64,000 bases of DNA from an uncultured Chitinophagaceae bacterium. GTDB lineage: Bacteria; Bacteroidota; Bacteroidia; Chitinophagales; Chitinophagaceae. A program made the translations under genes and the position numbers. The notes below the pieces were generated by a model. It saw only the letters and a list, made by a program, of their open reading frames with translations, was not told where the DNA came from and ran no database searches. Location of the stretch: the NCBI GenBank assembly GCA_963779595.1, contig CAVZYY010000005.1:636640-700639 (forward strand). The letters are read 5' to 3'. Positions 25,972 to 35,495 of the stretch are shown piece after piece. Each line of letters opens with the position of its first letter. Position 1 is the stretch's first letter.

Positions 25972-28900
25972 ATGTCTAGTTACCGCGATATTTTACAAAA
26001 AAAATTCACCGAAGAATACGAGCGCCTCAATGAGCAACAACGCAGGGCGGTGGATACCATTGAAGGGCCGGTGATGGTGATTGCCGGTCCCGGTACGGGT
26101 AAAACGCAGATACTGGCCAGCCGCATCGGAAAGATATTGCTGGACACGGATGCGCTTCCGCAAAATATTCTTTGCCTTACTTATACCGATGCCGGCGTGG
26201 TGGCCATGCGCAAAAGATTGCTGCAATTCATCGGCCCGGATGCATACAAAGTGAATATTTATACCTTCCATGCTTTTTGCAATGATGTGATCCAGGAAAA
26301 CCTGTCGTTGTTTGAAAAGACAGCGCTTGACCCGATTTCCGAACTGGAAAAGATCGAGCTCTTTAAAGAACTGATCGATTCTTTTCCAAAAAATCACCCG
26401 CTGAAAAGATACCGCGGCGATGTGTATTTCGAGATCAAGAACCTGCAATCCTTTTCAGCACCATGAAGCGGGAAGGCTGGACGCCAGCCTTTATCAATGA
26501 AAGGATCGACGATTATATTGCAGACCTGCCTGACCCGGGATGAATTTATTTATAAAAGAAAATACAAGGAATTCAATGCCGGCGACCTGAAGAAGGATAA
26601 GATCGAGGAAGAAAAAGAAAAGATGGAAAAGTTGCGGGCGGCCGTGAATGAGTTTGAACGCTTCCAGCAACTGATGCGGAAAAGGAACCGCTACGATTTT
26701 GATGATATGATCAACTGGGTGATCAAAGCTTTTGAAGAAAATAAGAACCTGCTTGCCAATTACCAGGAACGATTTCAATACATACTGGTGGATGAATACC
26801 AGGATACCAGCGGCACACAAAACCGGCTGGTGGAATTGCTGATCAGTTATTGGGAAAAACCCAATGTATTTGTGGTGGGTGATGATGACCAGAGTATCTA
26901 TCGTTTCCAGGGCGCCAACGTAGAGAACATGCTGCAGTTTGCCGACAATTATCGAGCTGACCTGCTTACGGTGGTGCTTACCAATAATTACCGCTCTACG
27001 CAACCCATACTCGATATTTCAAAAACACTGATCGACCGCAATGATGAAAGGCTGGTAAAACAGATCGAGGGATTGAGCAAGGAACTCATCTCCTCCCATG
27101 ATAAAATAAAATTGCTCACCCACCAGCCATTCCTCCGTGAATATGAAACACAGCGGCAGGAAATGATCGGCATCATGAAGCATGTGCAGCAACTATTGGC
27201 CCAGGGCCTGTTGCCCGGGAGCATCGGCATCATTTATAAGGAAAATAAATATGGCAAGGAACTGGCAAGATATTTCAAACTGCTGGATATACCGGTGTAC
27301 AGTAAACGCCATTTAAATATCCTGGAAATTCCGCTGGCGCAAAAGATCATCCTGCTGCTCAAATACCTGGCTTCCGAACATGATATTCCCTATAGTGGCG
27401 ATGAAATGCTTTTTGAAATATTGCATTTCGACTGGTTTGGGGTTCCACCTATTGAGATCGCAAAGCTGACCATGGAAGTAGCTGACCGGAGATATGGCGA
27501 TCATCCAACCTCTATACGGCAACTGCTATACGAAAAGGCACATAGTCCTGCAAAGGATCTGTTTAGCCCCGGCCTTCATGAAGGATTAAAAAAAGCTTCT
27601 GCGGTGATTGAAGACCTGATCGGGGCTGTACCCAATATCACCCTGCAGCAATTATTTGAAAATATCATCCGGGAAGCAGGTGTGCTTTCACATATCATGC
27701 AAAGCCCGGATAAGCACTGGCAATTGCAGGTACTGACGGCTCTGTTTGATTTTGTAAAAGACGAAACGCACCGCAGTCCTTTCCTGAACCTGCAGCAACT
27801 GGTGAACCTGATGGAACTGATGGAAAAAGAAGGGCTGGTACTCCCGCTGGTACAGGTAAGCGGTAGTGATAAAGGCATAAACCTGATGACGGCGCATGGC
27901 TCCAAGGGCCTGGAATTTGAATATGTATTTTTAGCGGGATGCAATGCGGCTTTCTGGGAGAAGAAAAGAAAACCGGGCGGTGGTTATAGATTGCCCGATA
28001 CCATGTTCTCATCCAGCGCTACCGCAAACGATGATGAAGAATTGAGAAGGCTTTTTTATGTGGCACTTACAAGGGCGCAACAGCATTTGTATATTTCTTA
28101 TAGCAAATTCAAAAACGATGGGAAAGAGCTGGAACCTTCCATGTTCATTGCCGAGATACAGGATGGCCAGGAGTTGCCGGTGGAAAAAATGATCCTTGAC
28201 GTTGAAGTACTGTCTGAATTTGCGGCACTCAGCTTTGGCGAAGCCGAAGCGCCGGAGATCGAAAAGATCGAGGAAGAATTCATCGGCCGCATGCTGGAGA
28301 AATTTGTAATGAACGTGACGGCACTGAACAATTACCTGAAATGCCCGCTGGAATTTTATTTCAAGAACCTGATCCGCATTCCTTCTCCTAAAAATGAAGC
28401 GACAGAATTTGGCTCGGCGGTACACTATGCGCTGGAAAAATTATTCCGGAAAATGCAGGAAGGAGGCAAGGAGCAATTTCCTGCCAAAGAAGAATTCATT
28501 GCTGATTTTGAATGGTACATGAACCGCCACCGAGAAAGTTTTACCAGGGAACAGTTTGACAGGAGGATGGAATACGGGCAGGAAGTATTGAGTAATTATT
28601 ATGATAAATATATCAACAGCTTTAACAAGATCGTTGCCATTGAGCACAATATCCGGAACGTCGTGGTACAGGATGTTCCATTAAAAGGAAAACTGGATAA
28701 GCTGGAGTTTGACGGGAAGTCGGTTAACGTGGTGGATTATAAGACAGGCGACCCGGAGAAAGCCCTTCCCAAAATGAAAGGCCCTTCCGATAAGGATCCT
28801 AACGGCGGCGATTACTGGCGGCAGGCGGTTTTTTATAAGATACTGGTGGATAATTACAGGCAGAAGGATTGGAAAGTAGTGAGTACCGAGTTTGATTTTA

Positions 28901-29124
28901 TTGAACCTGACAAAAAGAAAAACTACCGGAAAGAAAAACTATTCATCACAGATGCGGATATTACCACTGTTACCCAACAGATCATAAACACCTGGGAAAA
29001 GATACGGAACAGGGAATTTTATACCGGTTGCGGGAAGGAGGATTGCCATTGGTGCAATTTCGTGAAGACAAACCAGCTGGCTGTTAGCCTGCATGGGCTG
29101 GAAGAAGAAACAGAAGACGCGTAA
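25972..29124 (+). CDS. UvrD/PcrA-family SF1 helicase fused to a PD-(D/E)XK nuclease with Fe-S cysteines; interrupted by compensating indels at ~26450 and ~26531
   Basis: AGPGTGKT, VDEYQD, VGDDDQSIYRFQGA, NYRS, TAHGSKGLEF, EELRRLFYVALTRA; YLKCP..GKLDKL..VDYKTG..CGKEDCHWC; both ORF pieces share a frame; TACCTTTG -7 box 25959-25966. Confidence 0.9.
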
Positions 29125-29151
29125 GCCACTGACCTGCCTGCGACAGGTATA

Positions 29152-29362
29152 TATTGCCACAGATTCACAGATTAGAGAAATATAGGACAAAGAATATTCA
29201 GTATAGGAAGCATGTTGGATTAAAATTGAACCGGTGCATATAACCAGGATCGTAACAAGCCAAACGATCTAATCTGTGAATCTGTGGCAATAAACTTTAA
29301 GCCGTGGCTTTAACATGAACAGCAATAAATTAAATAATTTAATCTGTGCAATCTGTGGCAAT
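29152..29362. repeat. Inverted repeat family aatctgtg(a)atctgtggcaata
   Basis: Perfect 24-bp IR 29152-29175 / 29269-29292; third copy ~29340-29362. Confidence 0.75.
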
Positions 29363-29441
29363 AATTTGCAGCTAATTTTTAACTTTTAACTCTTTCCTCA
29401 TTCCTTAACTTCACCCAAATTTTACTGGCCCAGCTCCTTCG

Positions 29442-30827
29442 ATGAAAAAAAATATCTTTCTTTTGCTGCTTTTGATAACTGCCGGTTATGCGATGATCAC
29501 GTTCAATACAGGCTGTGCCCAGATCGGCGCACCCACCGGCGGGCCAAGGGACAGCCTTGCGCCGGTATTGGTAAAGGCAGTACCGGAGGAAGAAAAACTC
29601 AATTTTACCGGCAATAAGATCACTCTTACATTCAATGAATATATTGACCTGCGAGAATTGCAAAACAACCTGCTGGTATCACCGGTACAAAAGTCCAATC
29701 CTGTAATAAATTTTAATCTTAAAACAGTTACGATAAAATTCCGGGATACGCTTTTACCAAATACAACGTACAGCGTCAATTTTGGAAATGCGCTCCGGGA
29801 TAATAATGAAGGGAATATCCTGAAAAACTTTGCCTATACTTTTTCAACAGGTCCAACCATTGATTCACTGGAACTCAATGGTAAAGTGCAACTTGCCGAA
29901 ACAGGAAAGATTGATAGTACCTTACTCGTTATGATCTACCGGGATGCTCCCGACAGCGCTGTTCAAAACAGGAAGCCGGATTATATAACCCGGCTATCCG
30001 GCGATGGCAGCTTTAGGTTTTATCATTTACCCGGCGGCGACTTTAAAATTTATGCGCTGAAGGATGGAGATGGTGGTAAAACATATAATTCCCCTTCGGA
30101 AATTTTTGCATTCAATGATACAACGGTCAATCCTGCCGAACCTGCCGCACCGGTTATCCTGTATGCATATGCGGCTGAAAAGAAAAAAGATAATACCGCC
30201 CCGGCTCCAAAGCAGGCGGCAGAAAAAAAATTAAGATACGGGGTCAATCTCAGCCAGGGTTACCAGGACCTGTTGCTGCCATTTGAGATCGGCTTCAATA
30301 ACTCCTTGAAAAAGATCGACTCGCTGCAAATGGTATTAAGGGATACGAATTATAATCCTATACCCAATACAAGCCTAACGATCGATAGTACCCGAAAAAC
30401 GATCTCCATTCGTACAAAATGGCAACCCGAAGCCGGTTATATTTTTATTTTACCCAAAGAGGCCATAGAAGATTCATCCGGGAACCTGCTTTCTAAATCT
30501 GATACATTGCGTTTTTTTACAAAGGCCGAAACCGATTATGGACGGGTGCTGTTGAGATTCAAAAATCTTGACGTGACTAAAAATCCTGTTATACAATTTA
30601 TCAAAGGCGAGTCGGTTATTGCCTACCCAATAACATCGGCTGAATGGAGCAATAAAATGTTTGCTCCCGGGGAATATGAAATAAGAATCCTATATGATAG
30701 TAATGGCAATGGTATTTGGGATCCCGGGAATTATTTAAAAAAATTGCAACCCGAAAAAGCAATTTCGCTTCCTAATAAAATAGGAGTAAGGGCGGATTGG
30801 GATAATGAGAGAGATATTTCGCTTTAA
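29442..30827 (+). CDS. Ig-like (Big_5) domain lipoprotein
   Basis: GCAQIGAPTGGPRDSLAP, ITLTFNEYI, LLPNTTYSVNFGNALRDNNEGN, DSNGNGIWDPGN. Confidence 0.85.
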   Translation: MKKNIFLLLLLITAGYAMITFNTGCAQIGAPTGGPRDSLAPVLVKAVPEEEKLNFTGNKITLTFNEYIDLRELQNNLLVSPVQKSNPVINFNLKTVTIKFRDTLLPNTTYSVNFGNALRDNNEGNILKNFAYTFSTGPTIDSLELNGKVQLAETGKIDSTLLVMIYRDAPDSAVQNRKPDYITRLSGDGSFRFYHLPGGDFKIYALKDGDGGKTYNSPSEIFAFNDTTVNPAEPAAPVILYAYAAEKKKDNTAPAPKQAAEKKLRYGVNLSQGYQDLLLPFEIGFNNSLKKIDSLQMVLRDTNYNPIPNTSLTIDSTRKTISIRTKWQPEAGYIFILPKEAIEDSSGNLLSKSDTLRFFTKAETDYGRVLLRFKNLDVTKNPVIQFIKGESVIAYPITSAEWSNKMFAPGEYEIRILYDSNGNGIWDPGNYLKKLQPEKAISLPNKIGVRADWDNERDISL

Positions 30828-31010
30828 GCTGTTAGCTATAAGCTATTAGCCTGGGTAATGGTAACGAAAAACCTTTCCAACAACAGCTTATAGTTGGATG
30901 ATGATACTTAAAGAACTCCTGCAGACAGCTTGAAGCTAATAGCTAACAGCTAATAGCTTGCCTGAAAAAACCTTCCTGCTAACAGCAGAAAGCTAATAGC
31001 TATCAGCTAA
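30826..31010. repeat. agctaat/agctaac 7-mer repeats in both orientations
   Basis: gctgttagctataagctattagc ... agctaatagctaacagctaatagc ... agctaatagctatcagcta. Confidence 0.6.
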
Positions 31011-31019
31011 ATTTGCATC

Positions 31020-31643
31020 ATGATCTTTTCGTCTTCTCTACTCGAAAATGCTGTAAATGAATTTGCCAAACTTCCCGGCATTGGAAAAAAAACAGCATTG
31101 CGGCTCGTGCTTCATCTTATTAAACAGGATGAAGTGCAGGTGCAGCATTTCAGTGATACCATCGCGGCGATGAGAAAGGAAATAAAATTCTGCAGGCGCT
31201 GTCACAATATATCCGATAAGGAATTGTGTAATATCTGCAGCAATCCCATGCGGAAACAGGAAATGATCTGCGTTGTAGAAACGATCCGCGACGTGATCGC
31301 CATTGAAAGTACCCAGCAGTTTAACGGGGTCTATCATGTGTTAGGTGGTATCATTTCACCACTGGATGGGATCGGGCCTGACCAATTGAATATTGATTCG
31401 CTGGTTCAACGTATCACTGACGAAGAAACGCAGGAGATCATCTTTGCACTCAATCCCAATATACAGGGAGATACTACCGTATATTATATTGGGCGAAAAC
31501 TAAAAGGCGTGCCGGTAAAGATCACCACCATTGCCCGCGGCATCTCGTTTGGCGGAGAACTTGAATATGCGGATGAGATGACCCTTGCCAAAAGTATCAG
31601 CAACAGGATACCTGTAGCGCAGTATATTTCTTCGATCGAGTGA
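31020..31643 (+). CDS. recR: Recombination mediator RecR
   Basis: KLPGIGKKTALRL, CRRCHN..CNIC Zn finger, CVVE, YHVLGG.ISPLDGIGP, IARG...GGELEYADE; TAAATTTG -7 box at 31008-31015. Confidence 0.97.
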   Translation: MIFSSSLLENAVNEFAKLPGIGKKTALRLVLHLIKQDEVQVQHFSDTIAAMRKEIKFCRRCHNISDKELCNICSNPMRKQEMICVVETIRDVIAIESTQQFNGVYHVLGGIISPLDGIGPDQLNIDSLVQRITDEETQEIIFALNPNIQGDTTVYYIGRKLKGVPVKITTIARGISFGGELEYADEMTLAKSISNRIPVAQYISSIE

Positions 31644-31726
31644 TCATTTTTCCGGTTCAGCATCCTTTTATTCCCCCTCAGTTACATTCCCTTGAATAGG
31701 GATATCATGATCTATAACTTTAGATC

Positions 31727-32167
31727 ATGGCACTCAAAACAAAAAAAATCATTATAAGTTCTGTCCTGTTGTTCGCAGTAGCAGCAGCAGCAGTCGCGTT
31801 CTATATGTATAATAAAGGGCCGGTAGATGTTAAGCATAGTAAGGGCATTTCAGTAAATGCTCCTGAATTATACAATTTCTTCAGCATTGATTCTGTAATG
31901 GCAGCAAAGCGGTACTCGGGTAAGATATTGCGGGTAACGGGTGAGGTGAGTGAAGTGTCTTCGAACGCACAAGGGCAAAAGATAGTCCTTCTTAAAACAG
32001 CCAGCCCACTTGCTAATATTAACTGCACCCTGGAGGAAGCCGTTGAAAACATTAAGCCTTCTGATAAATTAAGCATTAAAGGGATCTGTAGCGGAATAGG
32101 CGAAGGCGATGCCGACCTTGGTATCCAGGGAGATGTTTATTTAGCGAGGGCTTATGTAGCCGAATAA
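31727..32167 (+). CDS. Membrane-anchored OB-fold protein (tRNA_anti-like)
   Basis: N-terminal TM; A.ELYNFF....A.KRYSGKILRVTGEV..INC..IKGICSG. Confidence 0.75.
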   Translation: MALKTKKIIISSVLLFAVAAAAVAFYMYNKGPVDVKHSKGISVNAPELYNFFSIDSVMAAKRYSGKILRVTGEVSEVSSNAQGQKIVLLKTASPLANINCTLEEAVENIKPSDKLSIKGICSGIGEGDADLGIQGDVYLARAYVAE

Positions 32168-32183
32168 ATCTATTGCTTACCCC

Positions 32184-32915
32184 ATGAAAAAAGTATTATT
32201 CATATTATTCACCCTGGTCGCGTTTATCGCTGCTTTTAATGCATGCCAGCATGTACCGGATTCAACAACATTGGTTGATCCGAACGCTCCGGGCCCGGGA
32301 ACACCGGGTGGCCCTGTCTCGGGTGGAGGGCAGACCTGCAGTACAGATACTGTTTACTTTCAGAACAAGGTTTTACCATTATTGATATCAAGTTGTGCCA
32401 AAAGCGGTTGCCACGATGCGGCTTCCCACCAGGACGGTGTTGAGCTGACCTCTTATGAAAAGATAATGGCCACTGCAGATGTTGATCCGGGTGACCCTAA
32501 CGGAAGTGATCTATACGAAGTGCTGAATGAAGATGACCCGGATAAGGTCATGCCCAGGCCGCCTAATAACCCGCTTACCGCAGCCGAGAAACAACTTATA
32601 AGAAACTGGATATTGCAGGGCGCAAAGAACAATGCCTGCAATGATTGCGATACAGCAACAATAACCTGGTCAGGGGCCGTGCTGCCTATCATTAACACCC
32701 ATTGCAAAGGTTGTCACAATCCCGCATTTTTAAGTGCGGGCCTTGACCTGACTTCATACGCAAACGTTAGAACAATAGGGCTTAATGGAAAGTTTGAAGG
32801 GGTAGTCAATCATCTTCCCGGTTATCCGGCTATGCCACGGGGCGCAGCAAAGCTGGATGATTGTAAAATAACACAGATACAAAAATGGATCGATGCGGGG
32901 GCGCAGAATAATTAA
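32184..32915 (+). CDS. Diheme c-type cytochrome lipoprotein (planctomycete cytochrome c-like domains)
   Basis: Lipobox FNAC; CAKSGCH (CX4CH) and CKGCH; distal MPR motifs; WILQGA/WIDAGA. Confidence 0.8.
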   Translation: MKKVLFILFTLVAFIAAFNACQHVPDSTTLVDPNAPGPGTPGGPVSGGGQTCSTDTVYFQNKVLPLLISSCAKSGCHDAASHQDGVELTSYEKIMATADVDPGDPNGSDLYEVLNEDDPDKVMPRPPNNPLTAAEKQLIRNWILQGAKNNACNDCDTATITWSGAVLPIINTHCKGCHNPAFLSAGLDLTSYANVRTIGLNGKFEGVVNHLPGYPAMPRGAAKLDDCKITQIQKWIDAGAQNN

Positions 32916-32926
32916 TATTTAAGAAC

Positions 32927-33325
32927 GTGAAAATTTTTCGAACCATATATTCAGAAAGGAAGATCGGCATTATGATCGTGTGCCTGATGCTCGTGCATAT
33001 CTTAACGTTAGTGGGCTGTTATAATGATAAAGAAGAACTGCTTTATCCAGGTAGCAATGCCCCGGTAGACTGTACAACTACACCCGCGAGTTTTGCAACG
33101 GATATATTGCCATTGATCACTACCAAATGTGCAGTTCCTGGATGCCATGATGCAAGTGCTTCAGGGGGAGTTATTTTTCAAACCTACACACAGATAAATG
33201 ATAAAAAGGACAGGATCAATGTGCGGGCGATCGTAGAAAAGTCAATGCCGCCGACGGGCGCCTTATTACCGGCGGAGATCGCTAAGTTAAAGTGCTGGAT
33301 AGAAGCAGGCGGACCAAATAATTAA
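32927..33325 (+). CDS. Monoheme cytochrome c-like lipoprotein
   Basis: LVGCYNDKEE lipobox; CAVPGCH; MPP; WIEAG. Confidence 0.75.
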   Translation: MKIFRTIYSERKIGIMIVCLMLVHILTLVGCYNDKEELLYPGSNAPVDCTTTPASFATDILPLITTKCAVPGCHDASASGGVIFQTYTQINDKKDRINVRAIVEKSMPPTGALLPAEIAKLKCWIEAGGPNN

Positions 33326-33379
33326 TTAAAACTGAAATAGTAAAAGCTATTGAAAGAACATTACTTAAAAACATTAAAT

Positions 33380-33943
33380 ATGAAACAGATCATTTTTTCT
33401 CTTGCAATGTTGTTGGTTATAACCAATGCTGCAAACGCCCAGAAATATTATACTAAAAATGGCAATATTTCTTTTTTTTCAAAGACATCCATGGAGAATA
33501 TTAAAGCAGACAATAGCCAGGTGATGAGCGTGCTTAATACACAAACCGGCGACCTGCAATTCTCCTTATTAACGAAAGGCTTCCATTTTGAAAAGGCATT
33601 GATGGAGGAACATTTCAATGAAAATTATATGGAGAGTGAAAAATTTCCAAAAGCAAGTTTTAAAGGAAACATAACGGACCTGGGTAAAGTTGCTTTTGAC
33701 AAGGATGGTGTTTACAACGTAAATGTCAGCGGCGACCTGACCCTGCATGGTGTTACAAAAAAAGTGACCGCACCTGGTACAATTACAATTGCTGGCGGAA
33801 AGATATCGGCCAATTCGAAGTTCCTGGTTAAACCCGCAGACCATAATATTACCATTCCTAAACTCGTGAAGGATAATATTGCTGAATCTATCGAAGTACG
33901 GTTACCTCGGCTTTCGATCAAAAAATGTAATCAGTATCTATAA
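33380..33943 (+). CDS. YceI family protein (C-terminus probably frameshifted; corrected stop 33930)
   Basis: ISFFSKTSMENIKA, FHFEKALMEEHFNENYMESEKFPKASF, GDLTLHGVTK; start ATG 33380. Confidence 0.9.
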   Translation: MKQIIFSLAMLLVITNAANAQKYYTKNGNISFFSKTSMENIKADNSQVMSVLNTQTGDLQFSLLTKGFHFEKALMEEHFNENYMESEKFPKASFKGNITDLGKVAFDKDGVYNVNVSGDLTLHGVTKKVTAPGTITIAGGKISANSKFLVKPADHNITIPKLVKDNIAESIEVRLPRLSIKKCNQYL

Positions 33944-33952
33944 AAAAGCATC

Positions 33953-34867
33953 ATGTGTTTAAAGAAAAAAATATTACCGGTTGTATTTGTTTTTCTTGGC
34001 TGTGGTAAACTGGCAGCCCAGGACACAACAGAAACAGATCTTATGGCACAGCTGGAGAAAGAAGTTATTGGCGATCCAAAAAGCAAAACAAATTATACAA
34101 CAGCGACCTTTAAAACAACCCGGCTGGTGAATGGACATACTGTTGAGAATGTAGGGAAGGGGGTAATGGATGTAAAAATATCACACCGCTTTGGCAAGGT
34201 AAATAAAGGTAGCTATGAATTATTTGGCCTGGACAATGCTACGATGAGAATGGGTTTTGACTACGGGATCACCAATTATCTCATGGTAGGGATTGGGAGG
34301 AGCACTTTTCAAAAAACATATGACGCTTTTTTTAAGATCAAATTGCTCAGGCAATCAACGGGAAAAAGAAGGATGCCGGTTACGGTGAGCTATGTTCCTA
34401 CCATCGCGTTAAAGACCTTGAAATTTGAAGACCCGAACAGGAAGAATTATTTCACATCACGGCTCTTCTATTCTCACCAGCTTATTATCGGCCGTAAATT
34501 TTCTGAAAGCACTTCTTTGCAGATCATGCCAACCTATCTCCACCGGAACCTGGTAACGCTTGCAGCAGAGCCTAATGGGCAGATCGCGATTGGGATCGGG
34601 GGCAGGCAAAAACTTTCTAAGCGGATAAGCTTAAATGCTGAGTATTATTATCAATTACCTCAATACAAATTAGCCGGCACTACAAATTCGTTGTCGGTGG
34701 GAGTAGATATTGAAACCGGCGGCCATGTTTTCCAATTGCATTTTACGAATTCGCAGGGCATGAGTGAACGCACATTTATTTCAGAAACGACCGGTGAATG
34801 GAGTAAGGGCGATATTTATTTTGGCTTTAACATTTCCAGGGTGTTTACTATTGGAAAGAGAAAATAG
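33953..34867 (+). CDS. DUF5777-type outer-membrane beta-barrel protein
   Basis: ATFKTTRLVNGHTVE, ISHRFG..LFGLD, DIETGGHVFQLHFTNS, GFNISRVF. Confidence 0.85.
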   Translation: MCLKKKILPVVFVFLGCGKLAAQDTTETDLMAQLEKEVIGDPKSKTNYTTATFKTTRLVNGHTVENVGKGVMDVKISHRFGKVNKGSYELFGLDNATMRMGFDYGITNYLMVGIGRSTFQKTYDAFFKIKLLRQSTGKRRMPVTVSYVPTIALKTLKFEDPNRKNYFTSRLFYSHQLIIGRKFSESTSLQIMPTYLHRNLVTLAAEPNGQIAIGIGGRQKLSKRISLNAEYYYQLPQYKLAGTTNSLSVGVDIETGGHVFQLHFTNSQGMSERTFISETTGEWSKGDIYFGFNISRVFTIGKRK

Positions 34868-34922
34868 CGATTATAAAAAAAAGTTAAGGACTCTTTTAAG
34901 CAACAAATTATAATTATCTTGT

Positions 34923-35495
34923 ATGTTCATTTTAATTCGTATGCTTACACGTTACCTTATATTATTTTTTGCGTTGATCCTTTTCCAGCCCGGGCAGATA
35001 ATAGCCCAGCCTGTTTACGGTACCAATAACGGTTCCATAAGTTTTCATTCAGATGCACCACTCGAACTCATTACTGCCAAAAGCAATGAAATGCGGGGTA
35101 AACTTGATATCGGAAAAAGGGTTTTTGCTTTCACTATCAGGGTAAATTCTTTTTCAGGTTTCAACAATGCATTGCAAAGAGAACATTTTAATGAGAATTA
35201 TCTTGAAAGTGCCGAATATCCAAATGCTTCATTCAGTGGTAAGATCATTGAAGAGATTGATTTTTCTAAAAACGGAAATTATTCGGTCCGTGCAAAAGGG
35301 AACCTTTCCATTCATGGGATCGTGCAGGAAAGAATCATTAAAACCGATCTCGTAGTGAAGAATGGAATGGTCAGTATTAAATCAAATTTTACAGTACTAC
35401 TGGCAGATCACAATATCTCTATACCAAAAGTGGTACATGAAAAACTGGCTTCCGAAATCAAAGTAGAAGTAAAAGCAGATCTAACAACACCATGA
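34923..35495 (+). CDS. YceI family protein
   Basis: ISFHSDAPLELITA, LQREHFNENYLES..YPNASF, GNLSIHG. Confidence 0.88.
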   Translation: MFILIRMLTRYLILFFALILFQPGQIIAQPVYGTNNGSISFHSDAPLELITAKSNEMRGKLDIGKRVFAFTIRVNSFSGFNNALQREHFNENYLESAEYPNASFSGKIIEEIDFSKNGNYSVRAKGNLSIHGIVQERIIKTDLVVKNGMVSIKSNFTVLLADHNISIPKVVHEKLASEIKVEVKADLTTP

